DNA from: Gammaproteobacteria bacterium | GTDB lineage: Bacteria > Pseudomonadota > Gammaproteobacteria > JABABF01 | Direction of reading: 5' to 3' | Assembly: GCA_965237805.1 (NCBI GenBank) | Contig: OZ250153.1 | Span: forward strand, 288,001 to 352,000 | Length of the DNA: 64,000 bases | Shown: positions 10,304 to 19,501 of the stretch, piece after piece | How positions within the stretch are numbered: position 1 is the stretch's first letter | Layout of the letters: the number at the start of each line of letters is the position of its first letter | Position numbers and translations under genes: made by a program | Notes under the pieces: generated by a model | Database searches by the model: none | What the model saw: only the letters and a program-made list of their open reading frames with translations | Told to the model about the DNA's origin: nothing

Positions 10304-10391
10304 TCTAAAACTCCATTGTTAGGCGCGGTGAAGCGAGCTTGTCATCTGCTCGGTTTGACAGCAGTAGCATTGCTCGCAATCGCCGCAACCA

Positions 10392-12827
10392 TCAAGCTCG
10401 GTGCCGGGTCACCGCCTGAACCGAGCCACCACTGGAGGCCAGCAGGGGAGCGGCGGCGCGGGCTTGGGTCACGCGTTCGACGGGGGCGTCGGCGTACAGA
10501 GTGGTGCGCACATGCGGGCGGCGTCCCAGCGCACGGATCCAGCGGTCCATCTCGTCCGGCGGGAGCTCTTGGCCATGATCCGCACCGGCGGCGCGGGTGA
10601 TGCTCTCATTCATCAAAGTGCCGCCGAGATCATTGGCACCAGCCTCCAAGCAGGCGGCAGTGCCCTCCTCGCCCAACTTCACCCATGAGGTCTGGATATT
10701 GGACACCAAGGGGTGCAACACCAAACGGGACACCGCATGCGCCAACAGCACTTCGCGGAAAGTCGGGCCGGGACGGGCAGCACCATGGCGATAAATCGGC
10801 GCCTCGCGGGCGACAAAGGGCAAGGGCACGAACTCGCTGAGCCCACCAGTGCGCTGCTGCAGCTGGCGCAGGCGCAACAGGTGACGCGCCCAGTGCTGCG
10901 GGCGATCGATGTGGCCGAACATCATCGTCGCCGTGCTGCGCAAGCCGATCGCGTGCGCCGCACGCATCACTTGTAGCCACTGTTCGGTGCGGATCTTATC
11001 GGGGCAGAGCCGCTCGCGCACCTCGTCGTCGAGAATCTCGGCCGCCGTTCCGGGCAGGGAATCCAAGCCAGCCTCGCGCAGCGCGACGAGGAACTCGCCC
11101 AGCGGCAATCCCAGCGTCTGCGCGCCCTGCCAAATTTCCAGCGGCGAAAAGGCATGCAGGTGGATTTGCGGTACCGTGCGCTTGACGACGCGGCAGATGT
11201 CCAAATACGTCTGACCCGTGTAATCGGGGTGTATTCCCCCCTGTAGACACAGCTCGGTGGCACCCCGCTGCCATGCCTCAGCGGCGCGTCTAGCGATCTC
11301 ATCCAAGCCGAGATTGTAGGGCTCACCGCGCAGCGACGATGCCGTCCGGCCACGCGAGAAAGCACAGAACTTGCAACCAAAATAACAGATGTTGGTGTAG
11401 TTGATATTGCGGTTCACCACATAGCTGACGGTATCGCCGCAAACCTCCGCGCGGAGCGCATCGGCGGCTTGGCACAGATAACTGAAATCCGCACCGCGGG
11501 CGGCGAATAGCCGGCACACGGCGGCCTCGGGCAGATCGCGGCCACTTTGGGCGGCCGACACCACAGCGCGCAAAGTCGCATCGACCTGTTGCGGCCACAG
11601 GCTGAGTCGAATACTGCCGCGCACCGCCAACGGCACCGGCAATCGCTCGCCAGCACGCCATTGTTCCCCGCGCACCAAGCCGTCGGCATCCAGTGCTCGC
11701 AACACCGGCGCGCGCAGCTGCTGGTCGAGCCAGCGCTCTGGTTCCAGCGCGTAGTGCGGGTAAATCGTCAGCCGCTCGCACAGCAATTTACCGCTCAGCG
11801 CCGTCTCGCGCTCCAGCTGCTGCAGCTGCGGCCACGGTGCCTCCGGATTGACATAGTCCGGAGTGACCGGCGAGATGCCGCCCCAATCACTGACACCGGC
11901 CGCCACCAAGGGAGCCAAAGCACCGGGGCTCAGGTTGGGCGGCACTTGGATCGCGGTTTCTGGGCCGAACAACAGGCGCGCCAGCGCCACCGTCCACAGC
12001 AACTCCTCCAGTTCCGGCTCCGGAGCCTGCGCCATCAGCGTGTTGGGCTTGGCGCGAAAATTCTGGATGATGAGCTCCTGCAGATGGCCGTGGCGCAGCT
12101 GCAGACGGCGCAGGGCGAGTAGTGATTCGAAGCGCTCGGCGCGGGTCTCACCGATGCCGATCAGAATGCCGGAGGTGAAGGGAATCTGTTGCGCTCCGGC
12201 GCGCTCGATGGTCGCCAAGCGCAGAGCGGGAGATTTGTCCGGCGAACCGTAGTGCGGCATGCCCTTGCCACACAAGCGCTCGGCGACCGATTCCAACATC
12301 AGCCCCATGGATGGGGCGACGCAGCGCAGCGCGCTCAGCTCCTCGGCAGTCAAATTGCCAGCGTTGATATGTGGCAATAGGCCAGTCTCTCGCCACACCG
12401 CCTCGGCGGCATGGCACACATAGTCGATCGTGCTGGCAAAGCCCATCTCCGCCAGCGCTTCCCGCGCCTCGCTGTAGCGCAGCTCGGGTTTCTCACCCAA
12501 GGTGAACAGCGCCTCGCGACAACCGGCCTCGGCACCGCGCCTCGCTTCGCTGAGCACTTCCTCCAGCGCCATGTACGGCGCTGGCACGGCACGCGGCGTC
12601 ACTGCGAATGTGCAGTAATGGCAGACATCGCGGCACAGCCGCGTCAACGGCAGGAAGAGCTTGCGCGAATAGCTGATGCGGCGACCGAAGTAAGTATCGC
12701 GCAGCTGGGCGGCTGCCGGTGCCAAATCCGCCGACGACTCGATGGCGGCGAGACGGCGGCTCAGCGGCTCGTCTGGCACGCTGCCAGACGCGGCTACCCG
12801 TAGCGCTTTGGCGACGGGATCAATCAT
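10392..12827 (-). CDS. fbiC: Bifunctional FO synthase (fused CofG-CofH)
   Basis: Two radical SAM motifs CRDVCHYC and CYFGCKFC; NRNINYTN, PGTAAEILDD, NIQTSWVKLG, NDLGGTLMNESI. Confidence 0.95.
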   Translation of the reverse strand: MIDPVAKALRVAASGSVPDEPLSRRLAAIESSADLAPAAAQLRDTYFGRRISYSRKLFLPLTRLCRDVCHYCTFAVTPRAVPAPYMALEEVLSEARRGAEAGCREALFTLGEKPELRYSEAREALAEMGFASTIDYVCHAAEAVWRETGLLPHINAGNLTAEELSALRCVAPSMGLMLESVAERLCGKGMPHYGSPDKSPALRLATIERAGAQQIPFTSGILIGIGETRAERFESLLALRRLQLRHGHLQELIIQNFRAKPNTLMAQAPEPELEELLWTVALARLLFGPETAIQVPPNLSPGALAPLVAAGVSDWGGISPVTPDYVNPEAPWPQLQQLERETALSGKLLCERLTIYPHYALEPERWLDQQLRAPVLRALDADGLVRGEQWRAGERLPVPLAVRGSIRLSLWPQQVDATLRAVVSAAQSGRDLPEAAVCRLFAARGADFSYLCQAADALRAEVCGDTVSYVVNRNINYTNICYFGCKFCAFSRGRTASSLRGEPYNLGLDEIARRAAEAWQRGATELCLQGGIHPDYTGQTYLDICRVVKRTVPQIHLHAFSPLEIWQGAQTLGLPLGEFLVALREAGLDSLPGTAAEILDDEVRERLCPDKIRTEQWLQVMRAAHAIGLRSTATMMFGHIDRPQHWARHLLRLRQLQQRTGGLSEFVPLPFVAREAPIYRHGAARPGPTFREVLLAHAVSRLVLHPLVSNIQTSWVKLGEEGTAACLEAGANDLGGTLMNESITRAAGADHGQELPPDEMDRWIRALGRRPHVRTTLYADAPVERVTQARAAAPLLASSGGSVQAVTRHRA

Positions 12828-13494
12828 GGCGGCGGACGAGGCGGGCGGCGAGCTCGGCCGCGCGCATGAAGCGCATACTATGGGCGGCAGTGCCGGTGCG
12901 GCGCAACAACACCCGCAGATCTGCGGGGGTGTCGATATCCAAGCTCAAGCTGGGTATGCGCAACCAAAGTGCCTCGACCGTGCCAGTGGTAGCGGCCATT
13001 ATATGACGGTGGGCACTGTCCGGCCCAAAGGCCGCGGCCAGCGCCGATGGCGGGCTACACCACAGGGCATTGGTGCCGCGTGCGTGTCGGTCTGGGGCAA
13101 TCGCCACCGAAGGCCGGGGCAAGGCAGCGCAGCGGGCCAGTAGACGACTGCACTCCGCCGCAGCCAAACAGGGCAGATCGCCGGGCAACAACAACATGGC
13201 ATGTGCGCCGCGCTGCTCCAACCAAGCCGCCGCCGCCGCCACGGCTCGGTTGAGCCCGCCGCCCGGATCGTCGAGCAGCTGTGCACCCCGCCGCTCGGCC
13301 AATGCCCGCAGCGCGGTATCCGAGCAGACCACCAGCAAGGGTAGGCACAACGGCGCTAGCGCAGCGAGCATATCCTCGAACATCGCCACCACCAAGTCGC
13401 TGCGTTCGGCTGGTGAGAGCAGCGCTGCCAAGCGCCTTTTGGCCTGTGGCCTGCGCTTGAGCGGCACCACGATCCAAGGGCGCACATCAGACAC
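12820..13494 (-). CDS. cofC: 2-phospho-L-lactate/PEP guanylyltransferase
   Basis: VVPLK..AKRRLAALL, GLNRAV, PGDLP, GTNAL, FGPDS..RH, LDIDTPADL; start approximate. Confidence 0.92.
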   Translation of the reverse strand: MSDVRPWIVVPLKRRPQAKRRLAALLSPAERSDLVVAMFEDMLAALAPLCLPLLVVCSDTALRALAERRGAQLLDDPGGGLNRAVAAAAAWLEQRGAHAMLLLPGDLPCLAAAECSRLLARCAALPRPSVAIAPDRHARGTNALWCSPPSALAAAFGPDSAHRHIMAATTGTVEALWLRIPSLSLDIDTPADLRVLLRRTGTAAHSMRFMRAAELAARLVRRHD

Positions 13495-14455
13495 GAGCGC
13501 GAGCCAAGTCGGCGGCGAAATCGAGCACGGCGCTGGCCAGCTGACGGCGGATGGCCGGATTGTGCATCCGTATCTCAGTGCGCAGTAGCCGCAATGCACC
13601 GTCGGTGGCCAAGGCATCGGCATCGGCGACATCACCCTGATCGAGTACAAAGCCATCGATCAGCCCGCCATAGTGGCGCGCCACCGCCGCCGCCCCAGCG
13701 CCCAAACCCAGCTGCGCCATCAGCTCCGCCGCTGGTCCCTTAACCGCACGACCGGCGATGATCGGACTGATCGCTAGCACCGGGACGGGGCTGTTCCGCA
13801 GCGCTTCGCGCACTCCGGGCAAGGCCAGAATCGGGTCGATACTGAGCAGCGGATTGGACGGGCACAACAGCACCGCAGACAGCTCGCCATCCCGTAGCGG
13901 AGCGAACCAAGCGGGGTGTGGGGTGGCGGCCTCGGCACCGCTGTAGTCCAGTGCCGAGACCGTCGGGGCGCAGGACTCGCGCACAAAATACTGCTGGAAA
14001 GACAGCCTGTCACCAGCTTTGGTGTGCACTTCCGTGCGCACGTCATCGTCGCTCATCGGCAGGATCTTGGAGGCGATGCCCAGCTGCTGACACAGCTGCG
14101 CGGTGACGGCGGATAGCGGCTCGCCAGCTGAGAGCGCCGCGCCGCGCAACACATGGGTGGCCAAATCCTGATCGCCCAGCTCGAACCAATCCTCGCCACC
14201 CAAGCGTCGCAGCGCCGACATGAAGCGACCGCTGTCGTCACCGTCCAGCCCCCAGCCGCGCTGCGGCGACTCCAAACCGGCCAAGCTGTACATCACCGTA
14301 TCGAGATCGGGACAGATCGGCAGCCCCAAGTGCTCAAAGTCATCTGCCGTATTGACTGCGATGAGCAATTTCCCCGGGGGCAAGACGGCGTCGAGACCAG
14401 CGCAGAGGCGGGCACCGCCGACACCGCCGGAGAGCGCCAATACCGGTCCCTTCAC
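13487..14455 (-). CDS. cofD: 2-phospho-L-lactate transferase
   Basis: ALSGGVGGARL, NTADDF, ICPDLDTVMYSLAG, WFELGDQDLATH, PSNPLLSIDPIL. Confidence 0.95.
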   Translation of the reverse strand: MKGPVLALSGGVGGARLCAGLDAVLPPGKLLIAVNTADDFEHLGLPICPDLDTVMYSLAGLESPQRGWGLDGDDSGRFMSALRRLGGEDWFELGDQDLATHVLRGAALSAGEPLSAVTAQLCQQLGIASKILPMSDDDVRTEVHTKAGDRLSFQQYFVRESCAPTVSALDYSGAEAATPHPAWFAPLRDGELSAVLLCPSNPLLSIDPILALPGVREALRNSPVPVLAISPIIAGRAVKGPAAELMAQLGLGAGAAAVARHYGGLIDGFVLDQGDVADADALATDGALRLLRTEIRMHNPAIRRQLASAVLDFAADLARARV

Positions 14456-15255
14456 CGGAACAAATCCTCGGCGGCAGGGCGCTGTAACACCGTGGCAGCA
14501 GCCTCGCCCGGGGGCATGCTCAAACCGCTGAGCAACACCGCTGGCAAGCCCTCCCCCGCCTCGCCCATCAGCAGCCCGGCCGCAGCGGCGACTTGGTCGG
14601 CCAAGGCGACCTCGGTGACAGCCAGAGCGCGGCCCGCCAAATCGCGTTCGCCGACGCGATCCCACAGCGCGACAAGGCCGGAGCAGCCGATGGCTATCGA
14701 CACGACGCCGTGGCGAAACGCGCGCCCGGTGCTGTCGCTGATGACCACGGCAGGAGCCGCGCCACAGGCGGCGGCCAAACGCTCGCGCAACGCGGCGGCA
14801 CTGGCATCGGGATCCACCGGCAGCAGCAGCGCCGCCGGCTCGTCGCCCGGCTCGAGGTTGGACTGATCGATGCCAGCATTGGCGTGCACCAAACCCAAGC
14901 GGTGCTCGACAATCAAGCGGCCGGGTGCAACCCGCAACACGGCGCGGGACTCGCGCAACACCAATTCCACTAGCCGCGCATCCTTGCCGCTCTGAGCGGC
15001 CAACTGCAATGCCCGCGGTGACGGTGATACCGAGGCCAGCGGCACCAAGCGCCCCTCGGCCTTGGAGACCACCTTCTGCGCCACCACCAACACATCATCG
15101 GCAGCTGGCGACAGCCGTGCACGCCGCAGCGCCGCGATCAACAAGGCGGCGAGATCATCGCCAGCGCGCACCCATGGCAGGGCTGGCAATGCCCGCAGGC
15201 GCAGTGAAGCTGCGGCTTTGGATCGCGCCGCTGGCGGGCGGGTGGCCTGCGACAT
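14452..15255 (-). CDS. cofE: Coenzyme F420-0:L-glutamate ligase (stand-alone, no nitroreductase domain)
   Basis: GDDLA, VVAQKVVSKAEGR, ANAGIDQSN, LLPVDPDASA, ISDSTGRAFR, LMGEAGEGLP. Confidence 0.95.
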   Translation of the reverse strand: MSQATRPPAARSKAAASLRLRALPALPWVRAGDDLAALLIAALRRARLSPAADDVLVVAQKVVSKAEGRLVPLASVSPSPRALQLAAQSGKDARLVELVLRESRAVLRVAPGRLIVEHRLGLVHANAGIDQSNLEPGDEPAALLLPVDPDASAAALRERLAAACGAAPAVVISDSTGRAFRHGVVSIAIGCSGLVALWDRVGERDLAGRALAVTEVALADQVAAAAGLLMGEAGEGLPAVLLSGLSMPPGEAAATVLQRPAAEDLFR

Positions 15256-15272
15256 GGCGCGGTGCTGGGAAC

Positions 15273-15953
15273 TCAGTCGGTCGGTGACAAGCCGGTGATG
15301 CGCAAGCCGGCATGGCAACGGTGGCGACGGTTGAGCTGGAGCAGCACCGAAGTCAGCGCCTCTGCCGCCGCCGCATTGGCCAGCGGCCCGGCATGCAGGC
15401 CGCGCAAGCCAGCATCGCGCGCCAATGCGATCACCTCTTCGCGCGCCGACGGATCGTCGCCACTGACCAAGACATCGCAGTCCAGCACGGCCTCAGCACC
15501 CTGCAGATGGTGCGCCGCCACATTCTGAAAAGCGGACACCACCCGCACCTCCTCGCCGAGGATGCGCTGGGCGATCAGCGCCGCCGCGCCCTCCTCAGGC
15601 AGCTGCACCCGCCCGACCTCGGGCGGTCGTAGCGGCACGCTGGCATCGATCAAAATCTTGCCCTGCAAGGCTTTGCCCAACGGACTGAGCACCGCCTCTT
15701 GATGGGCGAAAGGCACCGTCAACAGGGCGATATCGGCGGCGGTGGCGGCGGCCTCATTGGCCATGCCTGCAAGCATCAGCGGGGCCGAACTGCGCTCGGC
15801 CAGCAACTCGCGCAGCTCGTCGGCGGCCTCGGCGGCGCGCTCGGCTCTGCGCGAGCCGATCAACACTCGGTGGCCAGCCAGTGCCCAACGACCAGCGAAG
15901 CCAGGCCCCAAGTCGCCAGTGCCACCCAAGACAGCGATGATGCGTTTTGCCAC
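15273..15953 (-). CDS. npdG: F420-dependent NADP oxidoreductase
   Basis: IAVLGGTG, IGSR..ERA, LTVPF, VSAFQNVAAHHL, DCDVLVSGDD, AGPLANA. Confidence 0.92.
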   Translation of the reverse strand: MAKRIIAVLGGTGDLGPGFAGRWALAGHRVLIGSRRAERAAEAADELRELLAERSSAPLMLAGMANEAAATAADIALLTVPFAHQEAVLSPLGKALQGKILIDASVPLRPPEVGRVQLPEEGAAALIAQRILGEEVRVVSAFQNVAAHHLQGAEAVLDCDVLVSGDDPSAREEVIALARDAGLRGLHAGPLANAAAAEALTSVLLQLNRRHRCHAGLRITGLSPTD

Positions 15954-16024
15954 GATATTTCTGCTCTCCAAGCCGCTGGTGGCGGCGTAATAGCTCAGTT
16001 TAGCGCAGTGGCCACCCGGAACCG

Positions 16025-17116
16025 CTAGAGCAGAGACAACTGCCCGCCGCGCGGTGGCGGCCTGAACAGATCGCAGCGCAGGGACGGCAGTGGGCGATCC
16101 AAGCCGAGTTGGTGACAGGCGCGCTCAAAGCGCCGTGTCAGCAGATCGGCCAGCGGACCACTGCCGCGCATGCGCTGGCCGTACTCGGCGTTGTAGAGCT
16201 GCCCGCCGTGCAGCTGACGCAACAGCGACAACACACGCTTGGCGCGACCGGGATAGTGCTCGCGCAGCCAAGCCGGAAACAACTCGCGCAGCTCGTGCGG
16301 CAAGCGCAGCAAGATAAAGCCGGCACCGATGGCACCGGCGGTCGCGGCGCGCTCGAGAATATTCTCCAACTCGGCATCGCTGAGCCCGGGAATCACTGGC
16401 GCGACCAAGACCGACACCGGCACTCCGGCGGCAGCCAGCTCGGCCATCGCCGCGAGACGACGAGCAGCGGTGGCGGCGCGTGGCTCCATACGACGCTCCA
16501 GCTCGGCATCCAGCGTGGCAATGGAAAACGCCACCTCCACCAACCCCTCGCGGGCCATCTCTGCCAACAACTCGCGATCTCGCAGGATCAATGTCGAGCG
16601 CGTGATGAGGCTGACAGGGTGACGACATTCCCACAACACTTCGAGCAGCTCGCGCGAGCTGCGCAGGCGGCGCTCGACTGGCTGCCAAGCATCGGCGTTG
16701 ATGCCAAAAACAATCGGTCGCGGGCGGTAGCTGGGACGAGCCAACTCCTCGCGCAGACGCGCCGGGGCATCGCGCTTGGCAAATAGACGGGTCTCGAAGT
16801 CCAAGCCCGGCGAGAGCCCCAGAAAGGCGTGACTGGGGCGGGCGAAGCAATAGACGCAGCCGTGCTCGCAACCGCGGTAGGGGTTGATGGAGCGGTCGTG
16901 CGGCGTATCCGGCGAGTCGTTGTAGCTGATCACGCTGCGGGCACTGTCCCATTCGACCGTGGTCTCGGGACGCTCGTCGCGCACGGCGGCGATGGTGCCC
17001 CAGCCATCGTCAAGCTCGATGGCTGCCCGCTCGACATCGCGCCGCTCAAAGCGACCGGAGGGATTGGCCACAGCGCCGCGGCCGGGGTGGCACTTAGTGG
17101 GAGCTGTGGGTGCCAC
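16025..17116 (-). CDS. Radical SAM protein, PA0069 / SplB-like family
   Basis: GRGA..NPSGRFE, SINPYRGCEHGCVYCFARPSHAFLGLSPGLDFET, APVIPGLSD, LRLPHE, GQLSL; start approximate. Confidence 0.9.
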   Translation of the reverse strand: MAPTAPTKCHPGRGAVANPSGRFERRDVERAAIELDDGWGTIAAVRDERPETTVEWDSARSVISYNDSPDTPHDRSINPYRGCEHGCVYCFARPSHAFLGLSPGLDFETRLFAKRDAPARLREELARPSYRPRPIVFGINADAWQPVERRLRSSRELLEVLWECRHPVSLITRSTLILRDRELLAEMAREGLVEVAFSIATLDAELERRMEPRAATAARRLAAMAELAAAGVPVSVLVAPVIPGLSDAELENILERAATAGAIGAGFILLRLPHELRELFPAWLREHYPGRAKRVLSLLRQLHGGQLYNAEYGQRMRGSGPLADLLTRRFERACHQLGLDRPLPSLRCDLFRPPPRGGQLSLL

Positions 17117-17127
17117 TCTCACAGACT

Positions 17128-17385
17128 CTATGCAACAGCTACCACAAGATTCAAAAGATCGCGAAATAGATGGATCTCTCCAAAATAGTTTGGGCAAGCT
17201 GATTGCAACTCCTTCACATCTTTGCCAGCGACCAATACGATGTTCACTGCCTGATCATTGCTGGATTTTGCTTGCCGTGCCCGGCACCCCTCAACCGCCA
17301 AGCCTTTTTTGGACAACGGGGCAACCGAAACTTGATGATTTGGCATCTCAGCAGTTAGCAAATAATATTTGCCCCGTGCCAATGT
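17128..17385 (-). pseudogene. Probable C-terminal remnant of a RelA/SpoT-domain (alarmone synthetase-like) protein
   Basis: AT-richer patch translating to KYYLL...VSV...NIVLVAGKDVKELQSACPNYFGEIHLF, resembling the VLV..L..AYPNYF.D..F tail of such proteins; no N-terminal domain or start. Confidence 0.45.
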
Positions 17386-17407
17386 GTGTTGTGTTGTCCA
17401 CAATCGA

Positions 17408-18535
17408 TCAGAGCTCCGGCAACAGCCCGTGCAGGCGCTCGGTGGTGTCGACATATTCGCCGAGCAGGCGAGCCATCACATCGCGACAGCTTTCGGTCTG
17501 CTGAATCTGGCCGACCACTTGGCCGACGGCGTTGAAAGAAACTTGCTGTGCCGTGCCAGCGGCGGCATAGGTCTTGGTGCGGCGCATGGCATCGTAGCTG
17601 ACAAAACCCTGCAAGGGCATCGGCAGGGGATCCGGCGTGTCCTCGCGCGCCCACGCCTCGGTCCAATCGTTGCGCAACATGCGGCAGGGCTTGCCAGTCC
17701 ACGAGCGTGAGCGCACCGTATCCTCGCTGGTGGCCGCAAAATAGGATTCGCGCTCGGCTGGCTGGGCGGTCGCCTCGTCCACCGCCAGCCACAGCGAACC
17801 AGCCCAGACACCTTGGGCACCAGCGGCCAGCGCGGCCACTATCTGCCGCCCACTACCGATACCGCCAGCCGCCAGCACCGGCGTCGGTGCCACGGCGTCC
17901 ACCACCTGCGGCCACAACACGATGCTGCCAACCTCACCGGTGTGTCCGCCACCTTCGGCACCCTGCGCGATGACGATGTCGACACCCGCATCGCGGTGGC
18001 GCACCGCCTGACGCACACGCCCACACAGCGCGGCCACCAGACGACCGGAAGCATGAATGCGGTCGATGACACCCTTGGGCGGCGTGCCCAAGGCATTGGC
18101 GATCATCACGACATTCTTGTGCGTGAGCGCCTCGTCAACCAAGGGCTCGGCAGTGGGGCCGGTCCAGCCCAACAAGCGGACTTCCATTGGTTCCGGCCAC
18201 TCCGGCACGCCGTGCTCGCTGAGCAGCTGGTTGGCGAAGTCGAGGTGCTGCTGCGGCACCATCTCTTTGAGCTTCTGCTCCAAGGCATCGGCATCAGTCT
18301 CGCCATCAGAGCCTTCATAGCGTTGCGGGATGACCACATCCACCGCATAGGGCTTGTCGCCGATACGCTCGTCGATCCACGCCAATTCCTGTTGCAGCTG
18401 TTCGACCGAGAAGCCGACCGCGCCGAGCACGCCGAGGCCCCCGGCTTTACTCACCTCCACCACCACATCGCGGCAGTGGGTAAATGCGAAAATGGGATAC
18501 TCGATCCCAAGACGCTCGCAAATTTCAGTACGCAT
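17408..18535 (-). CDS. Nitronate monooxygenase family FMN oxidoreductase
   Basis: LGIEYPIFAFTHCRDVV..VSKAGGLGVLGA, AQGAEGGGHTGE, PVLAAGGIGSGRQ, TGKPCRML; AGGAG RBS. Confidence 0.88.
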   Translation of the reverse strand: MRTEICERLGIEYPIFAFTHCRDVVVEVSKAGGLGVLGAVGFSVEQLQQELAWIDERIGDKPYAVDVVIPQRYEGSDGETDADALEQKLKEMVPQQHLDFANQLLSEHGVPEWPEPMEVRLLGWTGPTAEPLVDEALTHKNVVMIANALGTPPKGVIDRIHASGRLVAALCGRVRQAVRHRDAGVDIVIAQGAEGGGHTGEVGSIVLWPQVVDAVAPTPVLAAGGIGSGRQIVAALAAGAQGVWAGSLWLAVDEATAQPAERESYFAATSEDTVRSRSWTGKPCRMLRNDWTEAWAREDTPDPLPMPLQGFVSYDAMRRTKTYAAAGTAQQVSFNAVGQVVGQIQQTESCRDVMARLLGEYVDTTERLHGLLPEL

Positions 18536-18713
18536 GACGCAATCAGCTCCTGTTGACTCGATACTAGGCGACTTTGGCTGGCCCCACCCACGGCGCAACG
18601 CACAGTCGATGCCTTGGGGGCACGAGCAATGCGCAAGCGCTGTAGCCGAACGCCCGCCTGATTTGCATCATACAATAATCGGTTGCCACAAGTGACGCGC
18701 TCTAGGCCGCACC

Positions 18714-19493
18714 ATGTCGAAGCAACTCGATCTCTCCGGGCGCGCGGTACTGGTCACCGGCGGAACCCACGGCATCGGGCACGGCATCAGCGAGTGCTTT
18801 CTCGCCGCTGGTGCGCAGGTGCTGGTCTGCGCCCGTAGCGAGATTGACGCAGATGAGCTGCCGAGCGCCGACGGTCGGCGCGCCCTCTTCCTACGCGCCG
18901 ATGTGCGTGACCCGGATCAGGCGACGGCCTGCACGGCGGCAACGGTGGCACATTTCGGACGGCTCGATGTGGTGGTCAACAACGCTGGCGGCAGCCCGGC
19001 GGCCGACAGCGCCGATGCATCACCGCGCTTCTCGGAGGCGATCATCCGTCTCAACCTGCTGGCCCCGCTATTCATCGCCCAAGCTGCCAATATGATCATG
19101 CAAGAGCAGGAGGATGGTGGTAGGATTATCAATATCGCCAGCGTCAGTGCCGTGCGCCCCTCGCCGAATAGAGCCGCCTACGGTGCCGCCAAGGCTGGGC
19201 TCGTCAACCTGAGCAAGACACTGGCCGTGGAATGGGCCCCTAAAGTGCGGGTCAACGCCATCATCGCGGGCCTGATCCACACCGAAACGGCGGCGCTAAA
19301 CTACGGCGACGAAGACGGCATACGCGCCACCGCCGCCAGCATTCCGGCCGGACGCATGGGGACGCCAGAGGACATTGGCAACGCCTGCCTGTACTTGGCC
19401 TCACCACTGGCCAGCTTCGTCAGCGGCAGCGCTTTAGAAGTGCATGGCGGCGGCGAAAGCCCGCGCCATCGCGATCCGAACAACACGCGCTAA
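18714..19493 (+). CDS. SDR oxidoreductase resembling mycobacterial Rv3549c-type
   Basis: TGGTHGIG, NNAGGSP, LNLLAPL, YGAAKAG, LAVEWAPKVRVN, LEVHGGGE. Confidence 0.88.
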   Translation: MSKQLDLSGRAVLVTGGTHGIGHGISECFLAAGAQVLVCARSEIDADELPSADGRRALFLRADVRDPDQATACTAATVAHFGRLDVVVNNAGGSPAADSADASPRFSEAIIRLNLLAPLFIAQAANMIMQEQEDGGRIINIASVSAVRPSPNRAAYGAAKAGLVNLSKTLAVEWAPKVRVNAIIAGLIHTETAALNYGDEDGIRATAASIPAGRMGTPEDIGNACLYLASPLASFVSGSALEVHGGGESPRHRDPNNTR

Positions 19494-19501
19494 CACTGGC
19501 T

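Noticed and set aside
9620-10600. 326-aa plus-strand ORF and similar long antisense ORFs throughout
   Set aside because: Expected in high-GC DNA opposite well-supported genes, and they show no motifs.
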